From the human T2T-CHM13v2.0 reference genome, Homo sapiens: 64,000 nucleotides of DNA. The notes beneath the pieces are model-generated. The model was not told the DNA's origin. It was given only the letters and a program-made list of their open reading frames with translations, and ran no database searches. The stretch is from the NCBI RefSeq assembly GCF_009914755.1, contig NC_060927.1; one strand, given 5' to 3'. The translations under genes and the position numbers were made by a program. Positions 26,116 through 39,799 of the stretch are shown here, piece after piece (within the stretch, counting starts at the first letter, position 1; every line of letters starts with the position of its first letter).

Positions 26116-28663
26116 TTTATTAGTCCATTTTCACACTGCTGATAAAGACATACCCGAGACTGGGCAATTTACAAAAGAAAGACGTTTATTGGACTTAAAG
26201 TTCCACATGGCTGGGGAGGCCTCACAATCGTGGCAAAAGGGGAAAGGCATTTCTCACGTGGCAGCAGACAAGGGAAGAGCTTGTGCAGGGAAACTCCTAT
26301 TTTTAAAAATCATCAGATCCGTGAGGCTTATTCACTACCACAAGAACAGCTTAGGAGAGACCTTCCGCCATGATTTAACTACCTCCCACCAGGTCCCTCC
26401 CGCAAGGTGTGTGAATTCAAGATGAATTTGGGTGGAGACACAGCCAAATCATATCATTCCACCTCTGGCCCCTCCAAAATCTCATGTCTTCACATTTAAA
26501 AATCAATCATGCCTCTCAGCAGTCCCCCAAAGTCTTAACTCATTTCAACATTAGCTCAAAAGTCTATAGCCCAAAGGCTCATTTGAGACAAGGCAAGTCC
26601 CTTCCACCTATGAGCCTGTAAAATCACACCTGTAATCCCAGCACTTTGGGAGGCTGAGGTGGGTGGATCAACGGAGGTCAGGAATTCATGACCAGCCTGG
26701 CCAACATGGCAAAACCTCATCTCTACTAAAAATACAAAAATTAGCTGGGCATGATGGCACATGCCTGTGATCTCAGATACTCAGGAGGCTGAGACAGGAG
26801 AATCGCTTGAACCCAGGAGGCGGAGGTTGCAGTGAGCCGAGGTAATGCCACTGCATGCCAGCCTGAGTGACAGAGCAAGACTCTATCTCAAAGAAAAAAA
26901 AAAAAACAAAAAAACAACTCAAAAGCAAGTTAGTTAGTTCCTACATATAATGGGGATACAGGTATTAGGTAAATACAGCCATTCAAAATGGGAGAAATTG
27001 GCCAAAACAAAGGGGGGCACAAACCCCTGCAAGTCCAAAATCCAGTGGGGCAATCAAATCTTAAAGCTCCAAAGTGATCTCCTTTGACTCCATGTCTCAC
27101 ATCCAGGTCTTGCTGATGCAAAAGGTGGGTTCCCGTGGTCTTAGGCAGCTCTGCCCAGGTTTTGCAGGGTATAGCCTCCCTCCCAGCTGCTTTCGCGGGC
27201 TGGTGTTGAGTGTCTGCAGCTTTTCCAGGTGCACGGTGCAAGCTGTCAGTGGATCTACCATTCTGTGTTGTGGAGGATGGTGGCCCTCTTCTCACAGCTC
27301 CACTAGGCAGTGCCCCAGTGGGGACTCTGTGTGTGGGCCCCCACCCCACATTTCCCTTCTTCACTGTTCTAGCAGAGGTTCTCCATGAGTGCCCTGCCTC
27401 TGCAGCTATCTTCTTCCTAGATATCTAGGTATTTCTGTACATCCTCTGAAACTTAGACAGTGGTTTCCAAACCTCAATTCTTGACTTCTGTGCACCCACA
27501 GGCTCCACACCACATGAAAGCTGCCAAGGCTTGGTGCTTACACCCTCTGATGACACAGCCTAAGCTGTACCTTGACCCCTTTTAGTCACAGCTGGAGCAG
27601 CTGGGACACAGGGCACCAAGTCCCTAGACACAGCACAGGGACCCTGAGCTCAGCCCATTAAACCAATTTTTCCTCCTAGGTCTCCATGCCTGTGATGGGA
27701 GGGGCTGATGCAAAAGTCTCTGACATACCCTGGAGACATTTTCCCCATTGTCTTGGTGATTAACATTCAGCTCCTTGGTTACTTATGCAAATTTCTGCAG
27801 CCAGCTTGAATTTCTCCTCAGAAAATGGGATTTTCTTTTCTATTGCATTGTTAGGCTGCAATTTTTCTGAACTTTTACGCTCTGTTTCCCTTTTAAAACT
27901 GAATGCCTTTAACAGCACCCAAGTCACATCTTGAATCCTTTGCTGCTTAGAAATTTCTTCTGCCAGATACCCTAAATCATCTCTCTTAAGTTCAAAGTTC
28001 CACATATCTCTAGGGCAGGGGCAAAATGCTGCCAGTCTCTTTGCTGAAACATAACAAGGGTCACTTTTGCTCCAGTTCTCAAGTTCCTCATTTCCATATG
28101 AGGGTACCTCAGCCTGGACTTTATTGTCTGTATCACTACCAGCATTTTGGCAAAGCCATTCAACAAGTCCCTAGGAAGTTCCAAACTTTCCCACATTTTC
28201 CTATCTCCTTCTGAGCCCTCCAAACTGTTCCAACCCCTGTCTGTTACCCAGTTCCAAAGTTGCCTCCAAATTTTCAGGTATCTTTTCAGCAGCATCCCAC
28301 TCTACTGGTACCAATTTACTGTATTAGTCCATTTTCACACTGCTGATAAAGACATACCCGAGTCTGGGCAATTTACAAAAGAAGGAGGTTTATTAAACTT
28401 ACAGTTCCACATGGCTGGGGAGGCCTCACCATCATGGTGGAAGGTGAAAGACATGTCTCACATGGCAGCAGACAGGAGAAGAGAGCTTGTGCAGGGAAAC
28501 TCCCATTCTTAAAACCATCAGATCTCATGAGACTTATTCACTATCATGAGAACAGCATGGGAAAGACCTGTCCCCATGATTTAATTACCTCCCACAGGGT
28601 CCCTGCCATAACAGGTGGGAATTCAAGATGAGATTTGGATGGGGACATCACCAAACCATATCA
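26116..28663 (-). mobile_element. Full-length THE1B (ERVL-MaLR) with an internal Alu
   Basis: LTRs 28320-28663 (5') and 26116-26456 (3'); perfect 5-bp TSD CCTTT at 26111-26115 / 28664-28668; MaLR ORF remnants at 27760-28295 (MWESLELPRDLLNGF; WNFELKRDDLGYLAEEISKQQ). Confidence 0.93.
26627..26914 (+). mobile_element. AluS, slightly 5'-truncated, inserted antisense in the THE1B internal region
   Basis: Starts at cacctgtaatcccagc; THE1 sequence resumes at tcaaaagcaagttag; short imperfect TSD AAAATCA / CAACTCA. Confidence 0.92.
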
Positions 28664-29632
28664 CCTTTCTTTCTCTTTTTTTAAGAACACATGATCTCAG
28701 TTATTTCTGAATGCCAAAATGCTAGGACAGTGCCACATATCAAATACAGTTAAAGTTTGTTGAATGAGGGAACAAAGAAATGGAGTCCCATGTCTACCAT
28801 CCTTTACACTGGATGATACTATCTCCTGCAAACATCCAATTCCTAACGAGCTACATTTATTTAATAACTGTGTCTCCTTCCGTGAAACATGCTACAATAA
28901 ATTTCACAGCTCTTTATTAAGATATAACATAGATCATGTGGAGGTGAACGTTACTCAACCAGCAACAGGGAAAAGATCATTGAGGAGGACTCTCCCCAGT
29001 GCTGCCCAACAACGTTGGTTCCTCTTTTTGGGGTTGCTGCAGCTTGGATTACCTTTCCTGCAAATCATCTAAAGTAGCCCCAAAAGAGTTAAATAAACTG
29101 TTCATTCTGTGCCTGTAATACTTGCTGAAGAACTACTCAAAAGACAACATAAGCCATGACAAACAGTTGAAATCTTATTTAGGAAAGTAATTATGACTCA
29201 TCTTATTGGTAATTGTTAAGTATTGGAACAATCTTCCTTTTGACATTTATTCTTCCTCTGAGTTCCTAAGGTAATTTATTTTCTGTAACACTCATCTGGC
29301 ACTTATTTGCTGCTTTAAAAGTTATTTAACTTTTCCTGCTTTTTCTCTTCACAATTGTAATTTAGTTAGAAGCAGAACAAGTATGCTACCCAATGGAGGA
29401 AATGAAGTAAGGTGAAAAAAAGAAAGGATTTGGGGTCACGTGTGGCATTTAATCTTACCTTCTTTCATTACCAGCTGCTGGAATTTAGGCAAGTTATTTT
29501 TTTCGAAGTTTGCAATAACAATAATCCTACAAGATTGTTGTGGGATTAAATGATGAATTGTAAAATGTAAAAAAAACCCAAAAAACCCTAAAGATGGAAG
29601 TGCATTTTTAAATATCAAGCTCTTGAGAGGGG

Positions 29633-29652
29633 TGTGTGTGTGTGTGTGTGTG
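29633..29652. repeat. (TG)10 microsatellite
   Basis: Read directly. Confidence 0.9.
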
Positions 29653-30114
29653 AATTTCCCTAGGAATGGCAATGGCTTTGGAATAGTGAGGAAGGGAAGT
29701 GTGCCCCTCCTGTGAATTGAATCAGAGAAACTGTGTTAGTCAAGTATCTGGGTTGTCATGGTACCTAGTCCATGTGGAAAAGGAATGGATCAATAAGTGG
29801 CACAAATTCAGGGGGAGGTAAAGATGTATCTTTCTACATGTATAGATCAGGGTCCAATAATACCCTTCTTAGAGAAAATACTGCTAATGTTAGATCAGTA
29901 ACGGGTCAGCCCACGACAGCTTTTTTGGTGGTCACTGGTAGGCTCCACCATGGGAGAGGAGAAGAAACTTTGAAATAAATCTGAGAAGGAGGTGGTGACA
30001 CAAAGAAGCAGTCTCGGGGACAAACAGAGTACAGTGATTTTAGTAGAGCCTAGGGTTAGCATAATGGCAAAAAAAAATATCTAAAAATAAAATAAACAAA
30101 TGTTTGAAGCCACC

Positions 30115-30604
30115 TACCTGTTAATTTAAGAAAGTATTTGGCTGCAACCAACAGAAAACATGACCAAGAATAACTTTGAATACTAATTTTTTTTTTTTTT
30201 TGCATAGTCACAATTCTAAAATGGACAGTCAAGGATTGGTGCCAGTGTTTAAAATGCCATGAGATAACTTGCTATTTTCTATCTTTCCACCTAGATATTC
30301 TTTTTGACCTTTATCTTTATGGTTTTAAATGGATGATGTACCTGCAAATTTCACGTTAAGATTCCGCAAAGGTGGAAAGTAGAAAAGCTGAAGTCATTCT
30401 TTTCTTGAGGAGTTATTATTTTATTCAAGAAGGAAAGCTCCTTCCAGAGATATTCACTTACTTGAAGAATTGTACAGGACTATCATATGACTACCCTGAC
30501 TGTAAAAGCAAAATTAAATGTTTGCATTTCCAGGCTCTCTAAAAGAAGATAGCAAGAGAGAAACCGGTGGATTTTAGTGGGCGGGTTACCACGTATGGCA
30601 CACA
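30115..30604 (-). mobile_element. Old MLT1 LTR (K/L-like)
   Basis: tttggctgcaaccaacagaaaaca...tatcatatgactaccctgactgtaaaag...tggcacaca. Boundaries approximate. Confidence 0.5.
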
Positions 30605-31092
30605 GCCCAAACATTAGCAATCTACATAGGACAATAGGAAAAAGAACTTGGTGGGAAGTGGTATGGATCAAGACAGGGCTCTCTTCATTGTGCTGGTTTG
30701 GAACACAGAATTAAAAAAACAAAACAAACAAACAAAAAAACCCAAATAGTTCCATTACCACTGGGGATGGATTTCCTGCACTTGTCTATTGCTTTGCTGA
30801 TTAATGACTCTATGGATGCTGTCTTCCTACTTATATGGTTAAATATCAGCTATAAGGCATAGACATACTGATCATAGTACTTGATACAAAGTAAGAGTTC
30901 AAAAAAAATCAGCTTTATTCATCTCTATTTTTTGATGAATAGAGATCCCCTTTTCTACTCAGTGTACTTTTGATGGCTAAGAACAGAGGCACACTAAATT
31001 AACTTAAGGAAAAGTGAGGGTAGTTGTCTTTTCTCTCTGCTCCTTTTTCTCTTTCTCTCTATTTGACTTTGGACAGCTTTCTCTATGCATGG

Positions 31093-31450
31093 AGTCTTCA
31101 CAAGTTTGGACCAGTGTGGCAAAGCACCATAGACTGAATGGCATATAAACAACAACAATTTATTTCTCACAGTTCTAGAAACTAGAAGTCTGAGCTCAGG
31201 GTGCTAGAATATTTGGGTTCTAGTAAGGGCCTGCTTTTGGTTGCAGACTGCCAAGTTCTAGTGTGTCCTCACACAGTGGAACATAGCGCTCTCTGAGATA
31301 TCTCTTAAGGGGTGCAAAACCCATTTATGATAGATTCACCCTCATGAGATAATCACCCCCCAAAGGCCCCACTTCCTGATACTATCACATTGAGGGTTAG
31401 CGTTTCAACATATGGATTTGGGGAAGGATACAAACATTCAGTCCAAAACA
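31093..31450 (-). mobile_element. MLT1A-like solo LTR
   Basis: aaagcaccatagactgaatggcatataaacaacaacaatttatttctcacagttctag...tttcaacatatggatttgggg...acaaacattcagtcc. Confidence 0.85.
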
Positions 31451-31619
31451 TATAGATAATATTGGTTTCCAATCAGGTCCCCATTGCACAACTTTTTCTT
31501 TGACCAAATTAAAATTCTATCAATAAAGTGAAGGTAATATGTACTTTTTCTTCTTCACATGTGATAATTAATGTATTATTTTTATAAGTGTAAAGATTCA
31601 TACAAATATCTGTCACATG

Positions 31620-32060
31620 TGCTAGCTGTCTACTACTATTCATTCTTCTTTTTCTCCTTAATAATAACTTGTAGCTTTAGCTGGGCATATTGTCGATGTA
31701 AAAGTCTACACATCCCCTTATCCATTGCAACCAATGCCCATCCATGGGACAAAATTTTGGCCTATGAGTTATAAATTAATATACTATGTGTGACTTTTGG
31801 GAAAGTCTACTTAAAGGAAAGAGGCAAGCCATTTGAGACCTGGAATAACAACATGGTACTTAGAGTTATGGCAGCCATCTTGGACTAAAAGGATAAGGGT
31901 TTACCTAAGGGATATGGGAGAGAAACCTGGCAAGGATAAGGGAGGGCATCTGAGGAAATTGTGGAGCTGCTATACTAGTTCATATTCATAAAATTAAAAG
32001 GTATTGTTATTTAAGTCCAGCTGGAAATTCTCATTACTAATCAAATTGACAGCTTAATAA
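31620..32060 (+). mobile_element. LTR33-like ERVL LTR
   Basis: ttagctgggcatat...aattttggcctatgag...gtgtgacttttgggaaag...ggcagccatcttggac...gtggagctgc. Confidence 0.5.
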
Positions 32061-32884
32061 GTAGTACAGAAATTATAGGATGGTCAGCATCTGTACTCTA
32101 AAGCTAGAGAATTTTTGTCTGAGACAAGAGCAGCTGGTACCGTTGCATCTGATGTTGATAGTGATGAGTGGTGTATAATGACAGTGTAAGACAAGATGCT
32201 CCAGCACAGTGAAAAGAAATACTCCAAATGTGAATCCCTTGGCACAAAAATAAGAACTTAAAAACTCAACCTTTATGGCTGGGTGAAAGGAAGGCAAAAA
32301 TCCTGGCCTGTCATTAATGCTAGAGATGAACCATAAATTTAGGATTATATTGAATGTTGGATACTTTATTTTTAGGAATGTATATCTAGCATCATCACCA
32401 TCATTTTTGAAGTAACATATAATTTAGCAAAGATTGAATTCATATCTTTCTTATTCATTAAGATTTTCATGATTTAAATATGCATTTTGCATAAAACACT
32501 TTGATGTCCTAGAAATACTTTTATTTTTAAATTCTCTAAAGCTTTATATCTTAAAAAAAGGAAATGGGGATTTTTCTAGGAAAAAAATAAGTAAAAGTTT
32601 TAACATTTTGAAACATGATATTTAAATGAGTTTTAAATGCAGCAAAATATTATTTTATTTTCAATTGAACTGACGTATTCTTCAACTACTGACTTTTAAG
32701 TTTTTGCGTCTTCATATATCTAGGGACTTTCTTTATATTTACATACACACAAGGTAGTTATTAAATGCATATTTAAGGACATAAGAAAAGGTTATATTTG
32801 TGAAAATACTTAAATCATTTTTCATAAGCCCCTTCACTCCTGAGCACCTAGATTAAACTAGGAATATTTCAATGCTTCATAATT

Positions 32885-33342
32885 TAAAGGAAGTGATTTG
32901 GGATGGAGGAGTCCATGACTGATACCCTTTTTGAATCCCCCTTTACCTTCCTTGAAACTTCAGCATAGTGCTAGCAATAACAACTGCAGAGTATTACTTA
33001 TTAAAAGAATTATAAATGTTTTACTGCCAAAGTTCTAGAAAATGATTTATCATTCAGAGATTTTATACATATATGAAATAAAATTTATATGCATAAAAAT
33101 ATACAAAAATTTATAAGTATATAAATATCATAAGTATGTAAATGTTTATATATTTTATAAATTCAGTAAGTTATACATTTTTATATGTTTATATGTTTTA
33201 TGAATTTATATGAAATATACATATATATATATTTAACATGATGCAGCCCCCCTGTTCTCTCTTAACCAATGCATAGCTCTAATTCTGTCTAAAGGAAATG
33301 ATTTGGGAGGGAGGAGTCCATGACTGATACCCTTTTTGTATC
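32885..33342 (+). repeat. 53-bp spaced direct repeat (32885-32937 and 33290-33342) around an AT-rich spacer
   Basis: TAAAGGAA(G/A)TGATTTGGGA(T/G)GGAGGAGTCCATGACTGATACCCTTTTTG(A/T)ATC; 50/53 identical by hand alignment. Confidence 0.95.
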
Positions 33343-33735
33343 AGAGGTTACAAAATAAGACACTTTATTCAGTTATTCAACACTAAATTCTTATTATTGG
33401 ATCTCAACTACTGAGGAATAGGCTGGCATCACTTCATATGGTATAAACTGTGGATTTGTGACTATTTTTAAAAAATCTTGCTTTACTGTAAATTCCCTAG
33501 CAACAGTCATTCTATTTTGTGTGCTACTGTATCCTCAGCAAGTAGAATATTATCTAATTCATTGTGAGTGCTCAATAAATATTTGTTAAATAAATTAATA
33601 AGGCAATTGGGTATTTTGAGTTGGAAATAAAAGAAATCCATGTCAAATTAAAATACAAAAGGGGTTGGAGCAAAGAATCCAATCAAGTGAACAGAAGGAA
33701 GACTGTGAGTGGGCCCCAGGCAGGGTTAATTCTAG

Positions 33736-33961
33736 GCTTCTATAGCACTGGAAGGTGATTATAGTTAGCAATATTGTATTATATAGTTTCAAATAGCTAG
33801 AAGGAGAATATTGAATGTTCCCAACACAAAGAAATGATAAATGTCTGAGATTATGAATATGCTAATTACCATGGCCTAATCAGTACACATTATATGTGTG
33901 GAAACATCACTGTGTACCCAATGAATATGTATACTAATTACATGTCAATTTAAAAAATAAA
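33736..33961 (+). mobile_element. L1MA 3' terminal fragment
   Basis: tttcaaatagctagaaggagaatattgaatgttcccaacacaaagaaatgataaatgt...atgctaattacc...gtcaatttaaaaaataaa. Confidence 0.85.
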
Positions 33962-33962
33962 G

Positions 33963-34120
33963 TGAAGCAAAGTGGCCTGAGCCTGTAGTTCTAGCTACTT
34001 TGGTGGCTGAGACAGCAGGATCCTTTGAGGCCAGGATTTCAAGGCTATAGTGTACTATGATCATGCCTATGAATAGCCACTAATTTCTAGCCTGGGAAAC
34101 ATAGTGAGACCTTGTCTCTA
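33963..34120 (+). mobile_element. FAM-type fossil Alu monomer next to the L1 tail, followed by AT-rich sequence
   Basis: gcctgtagttctagctact...tgatcatgcctatgaatagccac...agcctgggaaacatagtgagacc; the gaatagccac block is typical of FAM/7SL-like monomers. Confidence 0.75.
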
Positions 34121-35054
34121 TATAATAATTATTAATATATTTATATAATTATTAACAAATTTTTATATTATTATTGTCTCAGTAATATATATCATATTAG
34201 TACTTGTGAAAGTACTAATAATTATTATTATTAACAATCTGAGTGTCACAGATACTGACCAATCAGTATGGTTGCATGCCCAATCAGATTAGAGCTGAGC
34301 CATAAACACTTGGTGCAGCCATTGTGAAAACTAATTAGCCCAAGCTCCAGGAATGACTGGAAATACAGCTTTAGATGCTGTTGGCAGTGTTTCCATCTCT
34401 TGACATTTCTTTAACTTTGTTTTTTATTTTCCTCATACTGGAGTGGCTTAATCCCTATGGCTGCAGACAGCACAAGAAGCTTTCTTACAAAAACGATTGT
34501 TAGACTAATATTCTTACTTTGTTTTACCAAAAAATGCAAGGGAAGGAAGACAGTATTGTTGAACAGATTAAATAATAATGTCCATTACACTAGGTTTGCC
34601 ATCAAAATTTTGGTAATGTGTTTCCCCCAAATATAAAAACTCTTAAGAGAGAACACCTAAGAATCCAAATATTTGTTTTATGCATAGTTTATTTTGGTAG
34701 AGGCAAATCTCATGGCAATATCCATTTGTTCCTCTGCATTTCCCAGCCTGCTTTGCAATTATATTAGAAACATGTAACTAGTCTGGATCAGTGGATTATA
34801 TATGGATGTGACTGTGTGACTCAGGGCATCGTTAAAAGCTAGTGCACATTCTTCGTCTCTCTTGTACCTGGCCACAGAGATTTTGGAGTCCATGTGTATA
34901 GTTTCAGTTTGGAGTAAGATGACCTGTTCTACATTAGTCAACATTAGACTGTACAAAGATAACAAACTTCTACTTAAGCCCCGGAATTTTTTTTTTCTAT
35001 TGTGACAACTAGCATTAATCAACCTGATAAATCTTTTTCTAATGTTGCTTGCTA

Positions 35055-35480
35055 GATAAAATGAAGACTTTGGATTTAGTGAATTTAGATTAAAATCGAA
35101 GTTATGCCATTTACTGTGATGTAATCTTGGACTAGTCTTTTGGTTTCTTTGAACCTCAGTTTTCTGATCAGTAAGATGTGGATGCTAATGCTGCCTATCT
35201 TATAAGGTTGTTGTAGGCATTAAATAAAATAATGTATAGAAAACACTTATCTTGGTGTCTGGTATAATAATAGCTAGCATTTTCATGGATCAGGCATGGG
35301 GAGGTAAATTATTTATATTAACACGTATAACCCTCAAAACAGCCTTATGTTGTGGGCATTATCATTATTGTCCTCATTTTAATTGAAGCACAGTAAGGTT
35401 GTATGACTTATCTTAGATCATCTCATAAAAATTTGACCCTAAGCAGTTTGGTGTCATAGTTGACCCTGAAAATTACTGCC
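35055..35480. mobile_element. Two MIRs tail-to-tail (+ about 35055-35265; - about 35266-35480)
   Basis: Sense core gaacctcagttttctgatcagtaagatg...ggttgttgtaggcattaaat, then antisense core ccctcaaaacagccttatg...tcctcatttt...gaagcacagtaaggtt. Confidence 0.65.
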
Positions 35481-35504
35481 TTTTACAGAACATTTTATAA
35501 TTAA

Positions 35505-36331
35505 GTAATTTAACTCTTTTTACTCACAGTACTCTGACAGCGAGTGTGTGGGTTTCTTTTTTTACTTCAACAAATTATCCAACTCTTCAGATATTAACCG
35601 GGTGTCCCAGAATTCAATTCAATTTAAGGTTGACATTAACTACCTAGAGTGGGCACAGACCCCGCAGGTTAAGGGTTCAGTCCTACAAGACTGCTCCCAC
35701 TTCAAACACCAGTCACAAGTCCCAGGTTTCCATCTATATTTCTGACCAAAATGCTGTAAATTAGGGATTCCAATGACCCTCTCCTCATGTTCAGTAATTT
35801 ACTAGAATGGCTTGCAAAACACAAGGAAACACTTTACTTATATTTATCAGTTTATTATAAAGGATTCAACTCAAGAACAGCCAAATGAAAAAAAAATGCA
35901 TAAAGGAAGGTATGGGCTGGGGGTGGTGCAGAGCTTTTATGCCTTCTCTGTGGGCACCACTTACCCAGCACCTCAATGTTTTCATCAGTCTGGAAGCTCT
36001 GAGAACCTTGTCATTTACTGGTTTTAATGGAGGTTTCATTATGCAAGCATGATTAATTAAATCATGGTTCATGGTGATCAACTAAATCTCCAGTTTCTTG
36101 TCCCTTTCCAGAGGACAGGAGGTGGTGCTGAAAGCCCCATTCCTCTAATCCGACCTTGGTCTTTCTGGTTACCAGCCTTCATGCCGAAGCTATCTAGGAG
36201 CCTCCAGCTACTAGTCATATCACTAGCATTCAAGACAATCATCACTTGGGAGATTCCAAGGATTCTAGGAGCTGTGTGCCAGGAACTGGGGAAAAACCAA
36301 CAACAAATACGTGTTTTTTATTAATATCACT
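35505..36331 (-). mobile_element. MER21-family LTR (B-like)
   Basis: aattcaattc...cagaccccgcaggttaagggttcagtcctacaagactgctcccacttca...attccaagg...ggagctgtgtgccaggaactggg...aatatcac. Confidence 0.85.
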
Positions 36332-36364
36332 ATAATATTACTTTCTTAAATTTTGGTAATAGTA

Positions 36365-36600
36365 GAAGTATAGCGAGGAAAATACTTTTGTAATAAACTC
36401 TGCATTAAAATCTTGTTTCTAGCATGTACTAATCAAATGATAGTTGAGTAAGTTAATCAAACTATTTAGCCTTAGCGTCTTCATTTGAAAATGCCTAACA
36501 TCAGAATGGTACTTACCTTAGATGGCTATTTTGAGGAATCAATGAGGTTATGCATATTATATATATATATAAAGCATCAGGAACAATAAACGTTAACTGT
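36365..36600 (+). mobile_element. MIR
   Basis: gtaagttaatc...ccttagcgtcttcatttgaaaatg...tacttacctta...ttgaggaatcaatgag. Confidence 0.6.
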
Positions 36601-37439
36601 GGATATTGGATCCCTTCCTGTGTTTATTCTTTGATTTGTGCAGTAAGAACACAGAATGCGTTTGCTCCTCCTCGAAGAATCAGTCACATTAAGAGAAAGT
36701 AGTGTATGTCTTTTTACTCATTAAATGTATACATATTAAAAGATTCCTTTATTATTCATCTCCACCAGAATTCTTCCTCCATTGATGTTGTTGCATGTCT
36801 AAGGAACCATTTAGTTACCTTAAATAGTCAACAGAGACACAAATTTTTTTTTTAAATAAGCCTGACATAATGCAAAGGAGGCAGCTTGCCCTGATGGACA
36901 AGTGGCTCTTAATAAAGAGCCTCTCATCTTTCTTTCCTCTGTGTTCTTGTTCTCTTACACACAACTTTCTTTATAAGTTATGATACTTTAGTGCAAATGA
37001 ATTACATAGAAATAAGGATCAGAACTCTAGAAGTGATGTTCTAGATTATCTGGCCTAATGTCATTTAAAGAGGAGAAAGCAAAGGTCCAGCAACTTGTGA
37101 TTTGCCTAACAGAAGATGGTTAATTAGCATGATGGTAAACTCCTGGTCTCCCATAGCCCAGCGTTCTCTTTGGAACCAAATTTTCTCCTGTATTGGTAGT
37201 TACTTTAAATGCTTTTTCAGGGTAAATATGCATATAAATAATGGTACTTGGAGATATTTTAAAGATCAGAGACTTGTCTATTTCTTTATTTATTTAGGTT
37301 CACAGGGGCCCATATGAATTCCTCTTAGACATTAGTTCAAAATACTATCAAAATGTATTAAATGTCTAAAAGCATTTTACTGAAAGCTGGACATATACGT
37401 AATATGAGGCTAAATAAATGATTGCCTACATCTCTCAGG

Positions 37440-38710
<1,271 letters not shown>

Positions 38711-39799
38711 TCATAAAACAAAAACCCCACAAATCATAATTAATTAAACTAAAAGAATAAGAGGTTCTGCACGAAAACATAGAAGACTTTAGAGAGCAAG
38801 ACAATTGTAAATTGAAAGTACCATTTTATTTCAACATGTATTGAGAATCTAGAATTTACTGGCCACTGTGCTGGTTACTGAGGACAGAGAGAAATTAGAC
38901 ACAGTCCTTGATATAAATGAAAGAAGAGAAGAAGGAGAAAGCTTCTAAACATGAACCTGAGTTTGTTTGGGAGTGGAGATGGGTGGCAGAGTGAGGTCAC
39001 ATGAGGGTTTTGGTAGAGAGGTAGAAGATATTTTCCTTTACAAGGTAGTCATCCCAGGTTTTATTTGGTTTCAACGTGGAGTAAAATGATGCAGTGTGAG
39101 GGTGCTATATGCATCTTTATCCAGCTCTGGGCTGTGCATGCAGTTGATGGCAGCAGGCCTAGTTTTCCATTGTTTATAATAACAAATGATTTTAAATGAA
39201 TAAAAACCCCCTAAGTTCTGTTGATATAATAATAAGGATAACAAACAAAATTATCATTAGGTTTGTTGTACTTGCCCATCTGCAACTGTAACCATATTTC
39301 AGAATTTTATTGCTTAATTTAGAAATAGGTAACCCCAGCTGCCAAAAACAATTGAAAATGTCAAATGTAGGGGTACCAAACATAGCATATGGGCTGTAGT
39401 TGTACATCCTGGAGAATGACCTTAGTTGCTCTGCTCCTTTTCACTGCCTGAGAGTTAAAGGTCTCCTGCAACTTATGGCAGTGAATAATTTATCTGCAGT
39501 TAAAAAAAGTTTATTCATTGTATGTATGTATTGCTTTAATAAAGTTATAAAAATCATTCAAGTATAAAATTTCAAGAGCAAATTTATCACATTGATGGAG
39601 GCAAATATTTAATATCAATGTTGACTGATTAAGCAAATAATAAGAAGAATAACAACATACTGATGTCGTGATCATTCTGTCTTGCAATACAGACATAAAC
39701 TTCCATAATGAATACAGAAATAAAACTTCCATAATACAGACAACCAAATTTATATAATTCTATGACTCTTCTAATACCTGTGAGAGAATTAAGATATTA

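Noticed and set aside
32885-33342. The direct repeats as a CRISPR array or mini-LTR element
   Set aside because: Only two copies in primate DNA, no cas genes, no TG…CA termini and no flanking TSD.
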